Shown here: positions 1-12,817 of the stretch, one piece after another
How the letters are laid out: every line of letters begins with the position of its first letter
How positions within the stretch are numbered: the stretch's first letter is position 1
Origin: Moniliella sp. 'wahieum'
Taxonomy: Eukaryota
Direction of reading: 5' to 3'
Assembly: GCA_003971905.1 (NCBI GenBank)
Contig: RSEE01000019.1
Coordinates: 434,001 to 498,000, forward strand
Length of the DNA stretch: 64,000 nt
Translations under genes and position numbers: made by a program
Notes under the pieces: generated by a model
Database searches by the model: none
Seen by the model: only the letters and a program-made list of their open reading frames with translations
Told to the model about the DNA's origin: nothing

Positions 1-2120
1 CCGTTTAGGAAACAGGGAGCCGCCAGCAATAAGTCACAGAACACTAGGGTGGCGCGCTTGGATACGAATGAGCGGGGCAGGCGTCCAAGCGGTGAACCGT
101 ATCTCCCATGATGATACTCTCATCAGTTAATTCTTTCCAATGCATTGTAACCTCGCGTCGTCATAACCAGGGGGAAAGATGTTGGTTGAGTCGTGAGCGC
201 GGCCCTTGCACTTGAGGTTCTTGTCGCATTCTGCTTTTGATCCATCAATCGAAGCAGATCCTTCTCCCGGCGTTCCGAAGGCGTTGCGGCAACAGTGCCC
301 TCGTTAGTAGCGCAACCACCCTCCGATACGCAAACATCGCCTCCCGTAGTGCCACCGAGCCCCGTACCGTTCAACTGGGGCCGGTCAAGCTTCAAGCTCC
401 ACTGGTGCAGTACAGTTTTCGCAGCCCATGGAAAGTAGGCCCGCTAAGGCCGATATGGAGCAAGCAAAAACTACGCCTCTCAAACCAAGACCCCACCCTC
501 TACAGCTCATTAAGCTCATTGACGGCCAAGTCGATCACCGGGTTGACCCCGATGCCCCTGTGAGGTGACGCATAAAAGCGTAACGCGTAGAGAATGCAGG
601 CATCAGTATGTGTGGATGGTAGATGGTGAGTGACTAGTGACTAGTGAGCTCTGCGCAATGGCCGACACGTATTGCCCGATATCACTCCCCAGGACGTTGT
701 TGCCATAGAGCGGGGACAAGATGCAGCAGGAGGGAATAGGGGAAATCACCGACAATCGAGATGCTCGTCTGGGATCGCTGGTGTGTGCCCAGCGCCCATC
801 GCCGATGGGTTGGCACCCAAACCGCGCGGGCTTTTCTCCCACGGTCTCATTGCCATCATGCATCAGTCATCGAAATCATCGCGTCAGCGCGTCAGTGCTC
901 AGCGTCATCGATCACTGGTTTTTCCGTCCCACACAGCGTTCCCAACCCCCGCCGGCAGATCACCGACATGATGATCAAACGTCCTGCATCCTGTGCCATG
1001 TGCGGGCCAATGCGCGTGGGGACGTGTTGGGCGCGCCGGGGAGGATGGGACGGTGGAACGGTGGAAGGGCAGGATGGAACGTGGATGCAGGATGGGGCGG
1101 GTGCGGGCGGGTGGCAGGGGAGGCCCCAGCAGCCAGCGTATTTCCGCACATGGAGATGGTGTGGGGCATGCCAGTCGCACATGGCAGCACAAAAGGCGCC
1201 GCAGCGCTCGCGTGCGTTCTAAGGGCGGCGGGTGACCGGTGAAGGCCTGCGGGGGTAAGCGGTAACCGGTGAGGCTCACCCCTCTGCTTGGGGCCAAGGG
1301 GTGGAGGAGGGCAGGGGGTTCTGCTGTGGAGGATCTGCGCGGGGGGCTGATGCATGGGGTGTGCATGTGATTCATGGGATGTGTGATGCATGGATGCATG
1401 GATGCATGGATGCATGGATGCTGGGCTGGGCCGCGGGTGGGCCGCATTGGATATTGGCCAGGCCAGTGGTTGGTGTGGCTGGCCATTGGGCATGCAAGCC
1501 AGTGCGAGCGACGCGTGCGCCTGGCTCCCGGTTGGTGTTGGCAGCGTGCTTCGCTGGTCGCATCGGGCGGACGCAGGGCACGGGGGCTGTGTGCGGCTGC
1601 GGCTGGCGCCAGCGGGACAAGCCGGGCCAGGGCGCGGGGGGGACAGCATCGGCCGCAGTGGCGCTGTGCCTGCGGCTGGGGCGCATGGGATGCGTCAGCG
1701 CTCCAGAGCTTCCGCTGCAGCCGCAGATGCATCTGGGCAGCGGGCGCTGCGGGGCGGCGAATTACTAGTCACTAGTCACTCGTCACTCACACTCCAGCAT
1801 TCGGTTGAATAGTTGAATTGAGACGTTGAGCAAGCACGCCCAGCACACGTGCCACGAGCCAAGCGGGCCTTATCTGCCCCGCTGTTTTTATTGGTGCGGT
1901 CGAGCCCCTAACCCTCCCCTCCTCCCTTCTCCCCTCCACCCTCCACCCCACCCCCCTCCCCCCACCCAGCTATGGCCATCATACGCACCGCCACAGCCTA
2001 AACGGCGCCTCCTCTCCTCCACCCAGCAGCTGCCCCACGCCGTCCATCTCGCTTCCCGCGTCCCTTCCGTCGCCTCCCACCCAGCCCTGCCACTCCCCCC
2101 ACCCCCCCCCTACAGCAACC

Positions 2121-3434
2121 ATGTCCGCCACCTCCACCCCCAATCCCCCCCCCCCAATCTCCACCGAGATACCGAGCCCGAGCCCGAGCCTCTTTCAGCC
2201 TGGCTCCCGCGCCCCCCCATCCGGCCCATCCGACCTGCCTTGCGCTCCTGCCTCAGGCGTATGCCCAGCCCGACAGACGCAGTCCTGCCGCGCTCGCTTC
2301 CTCGCCTCGTCACCCCTTCCTCCTCATCCACCTCCCTGTCCTCGTCCGCGAGTATCCGAACGGTGCGCTTTTCGGAGGAAGAGGTGCCTGTGTTTGTGAC
2401 GCATAGCGCCAGCGACTATGACCGTCGGCCGTCTGTGGTGGCCTACCATGGCATGGCAAGTCTTTGGGTGCTGGTCCCCATCTCTGTGAGGGTCAGGAGG
2501 AGGGTCAAGAGGCTCCTCCGCCCGGCACGGGAGCTGGACAGGCGTGGACTAAGGCCCGGATCGCCTCGGCCAACGCAGCCGAGATGGAGCAAGCGACCTC
2601 CATCTGATGTCGAGGACAGCGTCGAGGCGCTATGGGTCCCTTGGCGCAGCGCGTCTCATGGGTTTTCCTCGGAGGAGGATTCTGCCGCTGCTGAAGAGGT
2701 CTGTACACCCGAGCAATTGCCAGCGCCGCGCATGCTCGCTTCGGCGCTCCGGCTCTGGTTGTTTCGACAAGTGAGAGTCCTGCGTCTCCCGTCTCGAACA
2801 CGTTTGGGGTCGGACACTGAGTCCTCGACTCGGATGCAGACGCCGAGCCCCAGACCATCTTTTTGTTCTCGCTACGGGGAGATGAGAACGAGTTGACGGT
2901 GGCGCGGCCCAAGAAGCACAAGCTTAAGTCTACTCGCTCTGTTTCTCCCGAACCGGCATCGTCGACGAAACTGGCGCCGGTGCCAACGCTCGATGAAGAT
3001 TGTATCCCCTCCTCTGCGCCCATCTCATCAGTGGTGGTACGGGAACGGACGCAGCCCAAGTGCCCCGCCTCACCCCGAAGCCGGTCGGGAGGGATGTCCT
3101 TCTCGCCTCGCACCCACTGGGCTGGTGGATCAAACTGGCTCCGCCGCTCGTCCCCATCGTCAACCGTAATTCCCGCTCGGCATCACCTACGATGCCATTG
3201 ACCGTGGTGCCGACGCTGCCACCGCCTCGGACCCCTGAGCAAGCCCGAACGCGCGCTGATGGGTATGGGGCCGCACCACCATGCCAAGCTGAACCGCAAG
3301 GCGCATGCCCAGCGGGTTGCCTCATGGCCCGGTTCGGGTTGTTGGAGCAACCGCCACCGCCGTTGCCTGGCGGCCCCGCGGCTCAGGCCACGCCTGCACG
3401 CGGCCCTACCGCCCCTGTTTCCTACATGCAATAA
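2121..3434 (+). CDS. Proline/serine-rich protein with RVxF-type PP1-docking motif (Bni4/Phactr C-terminal-like); frameshifted
   Basis: ORF 1826-2896 contains TVRFSEEEVPVFVTHSASDYDRRP, resembling the VRF...(TY/TH)S..DYDRR motif of Bni4/Phactr PP1 regulators. The ATG at 2121 and stop at 3434 were inferred by joining overlapping ORFs. Confidence 0.55.
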
Positions 3435-5558
3435 CCCCTGTTTTGTCTTCTTCTTTTTCATCCTCCTCCTCAGTATGGTTATACTCGCCTCGGTTTCTTT
3501 TCTGGTCCCTCTCCCACACGTTCGACTGCTTTATGGCGATGGTCTACGCGCGTCAGCGTGAACGTCTGACCACTTGGAGTGGTCACAGTATGGACTGTTT
3601 TTGTCATGGGCTTGCTTGGGGCTACTGGTATGCAGCGGTAGTGGTACATAGCCATTTTTGTGATATCTTCTTCGAACGTCGAGGATGAGGTAGAGAGAAG
3701 AGAAGGCATTGCGCGGCGCACACGAAAAGGGGTGGCTTGGATTCCTTGCCATGGAGGCTCACTGGCCCAGCAGGACAGCAAAATCATGGACAGTCTCGCT
3801 GACACTGCCGTGCTACGTCGTATTGTGGGTTAGTACGTTAGTACGCGTGGGCCTCTCCGGCCCGCTCGGGCATGCCAATAGGGGTAGGCGAGGACTCAGT
3901 GCTGCGCTAGAAGGCGGCCGACTTGGGACTGCTCAACGTTATGGCGGCAGTCTACGAGTAAATTGATGACCCAGCGTTTTGCTGTTGGCGGCCTGCTTGC
4001 CTCTGTTTCCTGAACCAATCTTGGCCTTGAAGCTTGAAGCGTGAAGCGTGTGAAAGAAAGGTCTTTTGACCATGCCTATCTCCCCACACTATATCCGTCG
4101 GTTCTTCTTTTCTGGCTACTTACTACAGACCACAAGCGACCACCAACAGGGAGACTGGTGTGCCCGCGCGTTCACGGCAGAATCAGATATCATGTTTTTA
4201 CATGCACATGCTGTACCTCTACGTGAGTGTGTGAAGGCGTGAAGAGCGTGAGCCGACGGGGGCTGCGGCGCTGAGGACGTCGAGTGCAAAGTACAAGACC
4301 CCTGCTTACCCGGTGCAGGAGCTACGCCACAGCGGTCAGCGGGTAGGCAGACACCATATGGATTGGCCAGGACCACGTGTGTTCCAACCTGTGCAAGCTG
4401 CCCCAGTGCTCGCAGCTGGTTCAACGTTGAGTTCAAGTTCAACGCAGCTTGAAGCTTGAAGCTTGAATGTTCAACTTGACGCTTGACGCTTGACGCTACG
4501 TGGACGCGTGGACGCGTGATGGAGCCACGGTGCAACAGCAGGCAACAGCATGTGGATGCCCCCCCAGCACCCGTTTCGCCACGCCGCCCATGCGCCGCCC
4601 CCGAGGTCCCGACGCGAGCGGCACATGCCTTCTGCGGGCATCACGCGTCCCTGCACCCCTCCGCCCGTTCTCTGTGCGGGCCCGAACCAGCGTCGCGAGT
4701 ACTCCGGCTGCGTACGCGGTCATTAATTATTGTTGAATGTAAGACCGGAGGAACCCAAGGGATTGGGTGAAGAACCTCTGGAAATGTAGAGCAATGCAAT
4801 CGCGATGGTGGTGGTTGAGGTTTAAGCCTTGTGCCACACTAGAGACAGGGGTTCAGACAAGCCTGAGTATACACGTGGAGGCTTCGGAGGACAAATCAGG
4901 GGTGAAGGGTGATGAGGCGCCTTGGCCTAAGTACGGGACCACGGGTCCCAACATTGAATTTAACCTGTGCTTTCTCCTCGCCGGGCAAAAGGGCGAGGAT
5001 GGATGAGTACGTGTGGCGAGGCGTCGTGCGAACAAGGGGGCTCGCAGCTGGAATGGGGGTGGCAGGCTACGTGCATGGCCTAGGGCGTTGAGTACGTTGA
5101 GTACGTTGGACGGCGGCAGCTATAATCGATGCATGCGATCGATGGTAATTCTCCGTGTGGGGGAGACGGGCGGCAGGAGACGACTGGTCCGAGTGGCAGC
5201 GGCGAGCGAGGGACGGGCCAGGCGGCGAGGGAGGGAGGGGGGATGGAGGAGGCATGGCAGTCGATGGCAGTCGATGGCAGCCGATGGGCGCGGGCCGAGG
5301 TGGGGGTGCGGGGGGCCCAGAAGCGACGAGCGCATCGCCGCCTGAAAAGGGAAAATTTGATTGGCGACAGCACGTGGTCCTCCCGGCCTTGCCGCCGCTG
5401 CGCCCCACCGGGCCACACCCGACCACACCACATGCTCTGCTGCGCACCCCGTGCACCCCACCCGGTGCTGGCCGCGCTGGGCCTGCCCCCAGCATGGCCG
5501 CCGCCGCTGCCCTTGCGCTTGCCCACGGCCACAGCCCTCCTCCCCACCACCACCCGCC

Positions 5559-8517
5559 ATGTCCCCTCCCGGCAGCCTGGGCAGCAGCCCCACCGATCCT
5601 GCCCTCGCCCCTCGCGGCGTCGGCAGGCGCGGTCCTCGCTCTGCCCACGCCACCTCCTGCCCCTGTGTAATCAGGTCGAGGACGATGTCTCCTGTCGCCT
5701 CGCCTCGGTCTCACTCCCCTCGAGGGGGTCGGGGTCGGTTGGCTCGGGCGGGTCTTGCCGCTCCCCCTCAACTGCTGTCTTCCCCTGTTGGTTGGGGCCG
5801 ATGCCTGCTCCTCCCTCTCCTCCTCAATGTCGTCGCGTTATGTCCCACCGCACCTACGCTCCCTCGCCTCCGCTTCCGGTGTGTGGGGGTCGCACGTAAG
5901 CAGTGCATCCTCCAGCCGCTCTTCGAGCCGGAGCCAAAGCCATGGCCGATCTCAGTCCACGCCATTCTTGGTTCCCCCTGGCCCCGACTCGGTTGACTCT
6001 GCCTCGCCCCTGACCCTTCCCCTCGACTCCTCTCCCTCGCCACTCTCCTGCGCCCCTGACACCAGCACCGATCCGGCACCCGTGTCGCCTCTGACTGCAC
6101 CTGCTGCCGTGCTATCATCTGCCCCATTGCCAGCACCAGTCAAGCGCCCCTCCCACCCCGCCAGTCGCCATGTCCCCGATACCCTCAACGAGCCTGTGCT
6201 GGAATTGGGCTGTCGGATCGGTCCAGAGGAGACCCACCGTTCTCACCAGGTCTGTGTGGTAGCTCTCCGGCCCGACACGCCAGGCCCAGCGCCGACGGTC
6301 CAAGTGGTGCAAAGCTTGGGACAAGGCGATTACTCCAGCATATATATCGCGCGCCAAGTCGCTGGTGCACCTTTGCCTTTGCCACCCGATTCCGAGGGAG
6401 ATGGAGAGCTGGTCTTCTTGCTTACCTGCATGTCCAAGTATCACCTCTCCCCTGCCTTGCTGGCCGACGAACTGGCCGAATCGCAGCTCCACCTTTCTCT
6501 CCCCGTCCACCCCAATCTACCAACCCGGTACGCTGTCTTTGCCACGCCCGACCACCTTTTCTTTGTCAGTGAGCTCGTTCTGGGTCACGATTTGTTGGTG
6601 CTTCTCCACCAAGGCGAAGCTCACCTAACCGCCAAGGACCACATGGCTTCGCCGAACGGACACCACCCGAATCCTCTTGCATGGCTGGCTGAGGTCGATG
6701 GTCCTTTGCTCCTCTCCCGTCCACGGGTCCATTTGGTCACGGGCATTTTTGGCCAACTGTGCGATGCGGTCCAAACTCTGCACGGATGGGGCTTGGCTCA
6801 CCGTAACGTGACGTTACAAAACTGCGTGGTCATTGAGAGTCCGACGGTGCACCGAGCGGTCCAGCGCACCGATCTTGCTCCAGAACACGTGGATAAAGAC
6901 GTGCGGTTGAAGCTGATGGACCTGAGTCATCTGACGGACGAGGCGGCGGTGCATCGATGGCGCTTGCGCTCCCGATGCTTACCTTGCGCCGGAATGTTGC
7001 ACGCCCGAGGGCATTGGGTATGATCCCAAGAAGGCTGACATTTGGTCGCTTGGGATTGTTCTGCTGAATCTCCTCTTCCACCGCACCCCGTTTCGAAGGG
7101 CGGATCAAACTGCTTGTCCGTCATACACATGCTTTGTCTCGGACCCCGTCGGATTTCTTCAGACTGCGTTTGACCATCTTACCTTCACCACGGCGTCATT
7201 TTTGGCTCAGCATGTGTTCAACCTCGACCCAAGCCAGCGGGCTTCTCCCGCCCAGGTCGGTTTGTGGGCCAGCACGGCCTTCTGCCATCCTTGACTCATC
7301 CGGACTCCTCCACTCTCTCCCGTGGCGGCTGCGGGCATCACCCTGCCCCTGACGAGCGAGCCAATGTATCAATCCCGTTCCCGATCGCTCCCTCGCTCCA
7401 TGCGTTCCGGCCGGTCGTCTCGCCCTGCTTCCATTCACACTGCACGCTCGGTCCGGGATGGGTTGTTACCCCGGCGCGTGGCCGATCCCGCACCCCGGGG
7501 TATGTATCCGACGAAGAGGGGGAAGCGGAAGACGGGGGCGCGCACCCTGCTAGCCCCCATCCGTCGGGGCGCCGGCGCAAACGGGGAAATCGGAGGGCTA
7601 CATCGGCTCACAAAGGACAGGCCTCTGCAACGGGTCGCAGCTTGTCCGAACAAGCGTCGCTCAGTGCCCTCTCACTGGGGGGCGAGGGCGATTCGGACTT
7701 GGCCTGCCGCCTTCGCCTTCGTCCCTGCTCTCCTTGGCATCTCGTCGCGCTTCCGGCGCCAGTACCTCCTCTCTCCATGGTGCGCAACGGCTTCGGAACA
7801 GCACCACGTACCCCTGCCATGTCCCCGAGAAGGCTGCGCGGTTGCTGGGAACGCCACTTCCCCCCCGCTCCTCCCGTGCAAGCACGGGCGCCGGTAGCTT
7901 GGCCAGCCAGGGCAGTGTAGGAAGCGGGGACGATGTCCAATCGCTCCGTTCTACCTTCTCCTCGCTCCGCTCCGGCCATCCGCAAGTCGGCCGATTCGTC
8001 CCGGCGGCACTACGGCCGGCGAAAGCGGGTTATGGAACCGAAACTTGCAGCCCATTTCCGAACAGCGCGTTCGTCCTGCTCTCCCTCGTGCTCATACTCC
8101 TACTCCTACTCCTACTCTACTCCTTTCCCCGCTGCCTCACGCTCTCTTCCTGCTCTTCCCCGCTTCTCGCCCGCGCTCCTACAAGCGCGCTCCGCCTCCT
8201 CCGCATCCCAAATCGCATGCGCGCACCGAGCTGGATGCGAGTTACTTGGCCGAGATTTTTGGCGTGACGCCGCAGCGGCAGGCGGGGCGGACGAGCGGAC
8301 AACGGTCGCTGCCCAACATGCCCCTGTCGCGGGGCAAGCCCAAGAGCGGCCACGGGCCCAGCTTGCTTGCTGCGGCGCCCACGCTGGCCAAATCACCTTC
8401 CTCGCTCGCCTCGCGCCCCCCGCCGCCTCCTTGGCTCCACCGCGGCCAGCGCCAGCGCCCGAAACCAGCGCGCTCAGCCGCATGTTCCGTGTCGGCCGCA
8501 AGGAAGGACTGCTGTAA
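5559..8517 (+). CDS. Ran1/Pat1-like Ser/Thr kinase-fold protein, probable pseudokinase, with long S/P-rich tails; frameshifted
   Basis: Kinase subdomains appear in order: LGQGDYSSIY, LHLSLPVHPNL, IFGQLCDAVQTLH, HRNVTLQN, LKLMDLS. After a frameshift near 6950 the sequence reads YLAPECCTPEGIGYDPKKADIWSLGIVLLNLLFHRTPF. The start is at 5559 or 5827 (MSSRYVPPHLR). Confidence 0.75.
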
Positions 8518-8878
8518 CATTCAACTCCCCTTTTGACCTTCCCTTTCCCCCCTTTCCGCCTTCCATGGCGCCCCCCCCCCCCCCCCCCCCGCTACCCTCG
8601 TTCCTATCCATCGTTTGTCGGTCACAGTTTGTTTTCTATCGCACTTTTGGTATACCATCCTGCCTTTCTTGCTCACGTGCCGCACCCTAGGAAGCACCCA
8701 ACCTTCTTTTTGTCTCGCCTCGTAAGCCTCGTCTCTTGTCTCGTCAGAGAGATGAATGGATAGATAGACCTGGTCAACATGATACGGAGCAATGGCATCA
8801 TAAGAGCCTGCTAGCCTTCCTAGCATCTCGGCCCCAGCTCCGGTTGGGACGAACGGGGAGGGAAATCAGGGGAGGAGG

Positions 8879-10587
8879 TTATGGCTGGGCGGCGACGGCC
8901 GGGGCGGTGCCCGCGGGGGCAGCGGGCGCTTGGTGAACTTGAGATGGCAGTCGTCCTTGGGGAAGATGGTGGCAATGATCTTGACCTGGTCCGATTCGGC
9001 GTGACGTGGTGCTGCCAGTTCATCTTGACCGATGCGGCGCCCAAGACGGCGTGAGGTGCATCAGCGCGTACTGCTGTCCAATGCAGTTGTGCACGCCCGC
9101 ACCAAAGACAAGGTAGTTGCGCGTCATTTCAGCATTGTCGCCGCCCTGCGCCGGGTCCCAGCGCTCCGGCACAATCTTGTCCGGGTTGGGGTAAATCTGC
9201 TCGTCGTGCAGCGAGTTCCAAAACGAGGGAATGACCATCGCGCCCGTAGGCGCCGTGTAGGACTCGGACATGGGGAACGGTTTCTTGGTCAGGTAGGGCA
9301 CCATGATCACCGGCGGCGCGACACGCATGCTCTCCTTGACGACCCACCGCGTGTACTCCATCTCCTCCAGCAAGTCAAACGTGATGGGCGCCTCGAGGTC
9401 GTCGCCACGGAGCCGGTACTGTTCCTCGCGCACCTTGCGCAGCAGTTCCGGCTGGTCGCCATGTGCTGGAACAAAAACGTCAGCGCCGACGACATGGCAT
9501 CCTGCGACGCAAACAAAAACGACAAGACCGTCATCGCAATCTCGCGGTCATCAAACTCGCGCACAAGAGCGAGACGAACGACTGAGCTCTTCCGATTCGC
9601 CCTCCGTGTCGCGACGCGCTTCCATCATGTTCTTCACCCACGCATCGGTCACACGTCACCTCCTCCACCTCCCGCCGGCAGCCATGGCCTTTTTGCTTTC
9701 TGCGGCAGCCAGCATGAGCCACTTCATCATGCGCTTGCGTGCCTGGATCGCGTTCCACACCTTGGTGCCGGGCAAGGGGATGGGGAAGTTGACCAGTTCG
9801 AGCGCGACGGTGATGAGCCAAAACTCGGCGCTGATCTGGTCGGCGGCGTGCTGCGGCAGTACTCGCCACAAAACACACGCAGCGACGTTTCCATGTTGAG
9901 GTCGCGGAACTTGAACATCATCGGCTGCGCCGTCGGCGTGGGGTCGGCGAGCCACTGGTCAAAGTACTTGGAATGATACGTTCCTGGATGGTAAGGTAGA
10001 TGGCCAGCGAACGGCGAGTAAAGAGGGTGTTGAGGCCCTTGCGGTAATCGACGTGCGCCTTGCCGCCGAGGAAGACCCTAGGAAAGAGGCAGACGACAAT
10101 AGGCCGGTCAGTACGGGGGTACGGGGCGCGCGGATGCGCAAAAGAAGACAAGGAAAAGAGAGAGCAGAGGGAGGGGAAAGAAGGGACGGACCAGTTGTCG
10201 GGGGAGAGGACCTGCTTGGCTGAAGCGACGAGGCAAGGCTCGGCATAGGTGGGGCTGGTGAGGATCTTGCGGGCGAAAAAGTTGTCCGAGGCAAGCACGA
10301 TAAAAATGTGAAAGACCGAGTGACGGAGAGGGGCCCTGGGCCCAGCCCTTTTTGTAGTTCTCCAAGGTCGGGTTGAGCGAGTCGAGGAAGCGGCCGATGA
10401 TGGGGATGTCCAGTGGCGCCGGGCAGGCTGCCCTTCTTGGTGCGGTAGTTGAGCTGCTCAAAGACGAGGATGGTAGCAAACAGCGCGACCACCGACACGC
10501 CAATGCTGGTCGGAGTCGCGAGCGCGGCCAGGGCCGAGGGGGGGGGGGCGCCGCCGGCGGGGCAGAGGCGTTGGCAGCGAGCGACAT
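8879..10587 (-). CDS. ERG5: Sterol C-22 desaturase (cytochrome P450 CYP61)
   Basis: Motifs [51 protein letters not shown] (ExxR), PERW, heme motif [10 protein letters not shown] and C-terminal [13 protein letters not shown]. Intron at 10078-10191. Several frameshifts. Confidence 0.93.
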
Positions 10588-11187
10588 GGGTCCAGGCGGC
10601 GCCCAGGCAGGAGGGGAGGGGCAAAGAGGGTGGTTGGGATGTGGGTCGCCTGGAGAAGAGTCGGGGCGAGTCGGGTAGGCGAGGGGAGCACGGTGCGGCG
10701 TGCTGCCCTGGGCGCTTCTCTCGGCCTGCGCCGCCCTGCGTATCGGCGCGCGGGTGACTGGGTGACCGGTGACTCGTCACTGGGTCACTGCCACACTCGT
10801 CACTCACATGGTCAAATTATCCCACCGCGCCGCCCGCGGATGGCAGACGCACTGGCGCCGTGCGGCCGCCCGCGCCCACACTGCCCCACGGCGCCGCACA
10901 GGCTGCTTGGCTGCTCAGCGCCCAGCCAGCAGCACGCCAAGCGGGCCGGGGGGCAGTGTGCCTGGCTGGCGGGGCAATCAATTGATCGTTAGCGCTTAGC
11001 GGTAGTGCATTAGCCGGGAAGCACCAACCATGCATCCCGTTTCGTACGAACCCTCGGCGTCACGCATCCCACATCATGCATCAACCACCATGCATGGCAC
11101 GTGGCTGCTGTTGGCGCTGCGGCCCTTCGGTTGCAGGTTCCGCTGGTCTCACGCTGGTCTCACGCTGCTCCCACACGACGGCAGCTG

Positions 11188-11267
11188 TCTCCGATAGTTT
11201 AGTGGCTGACACGTCCCTGTCACCAGGACGTTCGGACGAGACCCGGGTTCGATTCCCGGTCGGAGAG
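11188..11267 (+). tRNA. tRNA-Asp(GTC) with 10-nt intron (11223-11232)
   Basis: Acceptor stem TCTCCGA/TCGGAGA plus G discriminator. Anticodon stem CGTCC/GGACG with loop CT-GTC-A[intron]C. T arm CCGGG-TTCGATT-CCCGG. A-box TAGTTTAGTGG. The D-loop looks about 1 nt short, possibly an assembly deletion. Confidence 0.9.
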
Positions 11268-11271
11268 GTTC

Positions 11272-11279
11272 TTTTTTTT
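11272..11279 (+). terminator. RNA Pol III oligo-T terminator
   Basis: Run of 8 T beginning 5 nt after the tRNA 3' end. Confidence 0.8.
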
Positions 11280-11441
11280 GATGTGGCGCCACCGCGAGAG
11301 TGCTGCTCCCCCCCGCTTCGGGCGGCATGGCATGCTCCCAACCAGCTCTGCTGAGAACAAAGAACGCGGGCGGGCAGCGGGCTATGGCAAGCACACATCT
11401 CGCAATAGGAGCCTTGCCAGGCACCAGCTCGGGGGACATGA

Positions 11442-12817
11442 TTACGTTACAGTGCAAAGGCGGCGGGAGAGAAGGCGCGGCCGGTACGGGGTGGCGGGGG
11501 GGGCTGAACAGGGGAGCCACACCCGGAAGAATGGCTTGACAATGATAATCGTCACCAGCAGCATCAAGCAGAGGACCAAGGATGATGCACTGCACTCGCC
11601 CGATCGGCGCTGGTGGCTTTGGGCGGCTACCAAATGCCGCTGGGCCAACTGCACATTTTCTGTTGACGTCTCCACATTCCAGTCAATCCGGTCCACCAGT
11701 GCGCCTTGCTCAATCACCAACGCCGACAGCTGCTCAAACAGTTCGCCAGCTCCGAGATGCTCTGAGCAATCTGCGATACTTGGCGGTCCCGCGCATTGAT
11801 ATCGTCCAGCCGATTTGATCGTTGATGGGCCCGATTGAGCTGGGCTTGGGCCTGCTCACCTTCCTCGACAGCCAGAGCATTTTGGGACTGAGTACAGTGC
11901 AGTTTACGGTCAGTGCCCCGCGGCGACAACAAAAGAAAAGAGAGTTGAAACAAAGGGAGACGTAGAACGTACCAGTTCCAGATCTGCTCTGAGATCGGCA
12001 TCCAAGGCAGCCGAGGTGGAAGGTACAAACCCGTTCTTCTGCCCCATCGCTGCGACGCAGCGGCCAAGTCCCGCCCTCGCACCTCGATGCCTTGGAGGCG
12101 TCGGAGATAGACGGACTGCTTTTTGCGCAACAAGGCAGAGGCAGCTTGAACCTTGCCTGCCAAAGCAGCCTGGACGTTGGACGAAACCTGCCTTTGTCGC
12201 TCGACCTGGGCCAATGCATCAGACAGACGGGTTTGCCTAGCCGCAGCGCGCTGCTGAACGGGCATGGGGGGGAGCGATGCATCGGCCCTTTCCCCTGCAG
12301 AGAGACGTGCAATGGTCTGGCGAGCACGGAGATGGGTTGCGCGCGTGGCCCTGCCAAGGGTAGCTACAGCGCGGGTAGCCGAGCGCAGCTGCTTGGTAAT
12401 CTCACCGGTAAGGCGGTCAATCGCCACCTCCTCGGCGCGCCGGTCGGAAAAGGAAGGCAAAAGTGGCAGCATGAAGACGATCTAGTTGCGCCATATAGAA
12501 GCAACTGGCCCATCCAACAGCGACTCAACTGCGCGTGACGTCTCGGCCCAGAGCGGTTCGCTCCGCTGCGAATCTGGGTCGTCGGCGCCGCCAACAAGGC
12601 CAAGGTGCGACAGGTCGAGGGAAGTGTCGCGGCCACCGTTGCGGGGGGTACGTGTTTGCTGTCGCCCAGTAGCGCATCATGCTCATCATCGGGCGACTCA
12701 TGCCCCGTATTCTCGAGGGTGCTGAAAGAGGAACGTGGCCGTGGAACGGACGCGCGGGTAGGATTCGAAGAGCAACTTGCGTGATCGAGTCACTCCCAAC
12801 TCGGGCACCTGGCTCAT
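11442..12817 (-). CDS. TLG2: Qa t-SNARE, syntaxin-16/Tlg2; frameshifted, with intron near 11900-11970
   Basis: N-peptide GVTRSRKLLFESY, LLPSFSDRRAEEVAIDRLT, RKKQSVYLRRLQG, SNARE motif INARDRQVSQIAQSISELA...VIEQGALVDRIDWNVE, and C-terminal TM LVLCLMLLVTIIIVKP. The 3' end is approximate. Confidence 0.88.

Noticed and set aside
123..563. Short ORFs at the window start
   Set aside because: No recognisable motif. This could be part of a gene beyond the edge but cannot be supported.
672..1812. Many overlapping 100-275 aa ORFs
   Set aside because: GC-rich upstream DNA with repeat-derived translations (MHPCIHAS/MDAW). No domain motifs.
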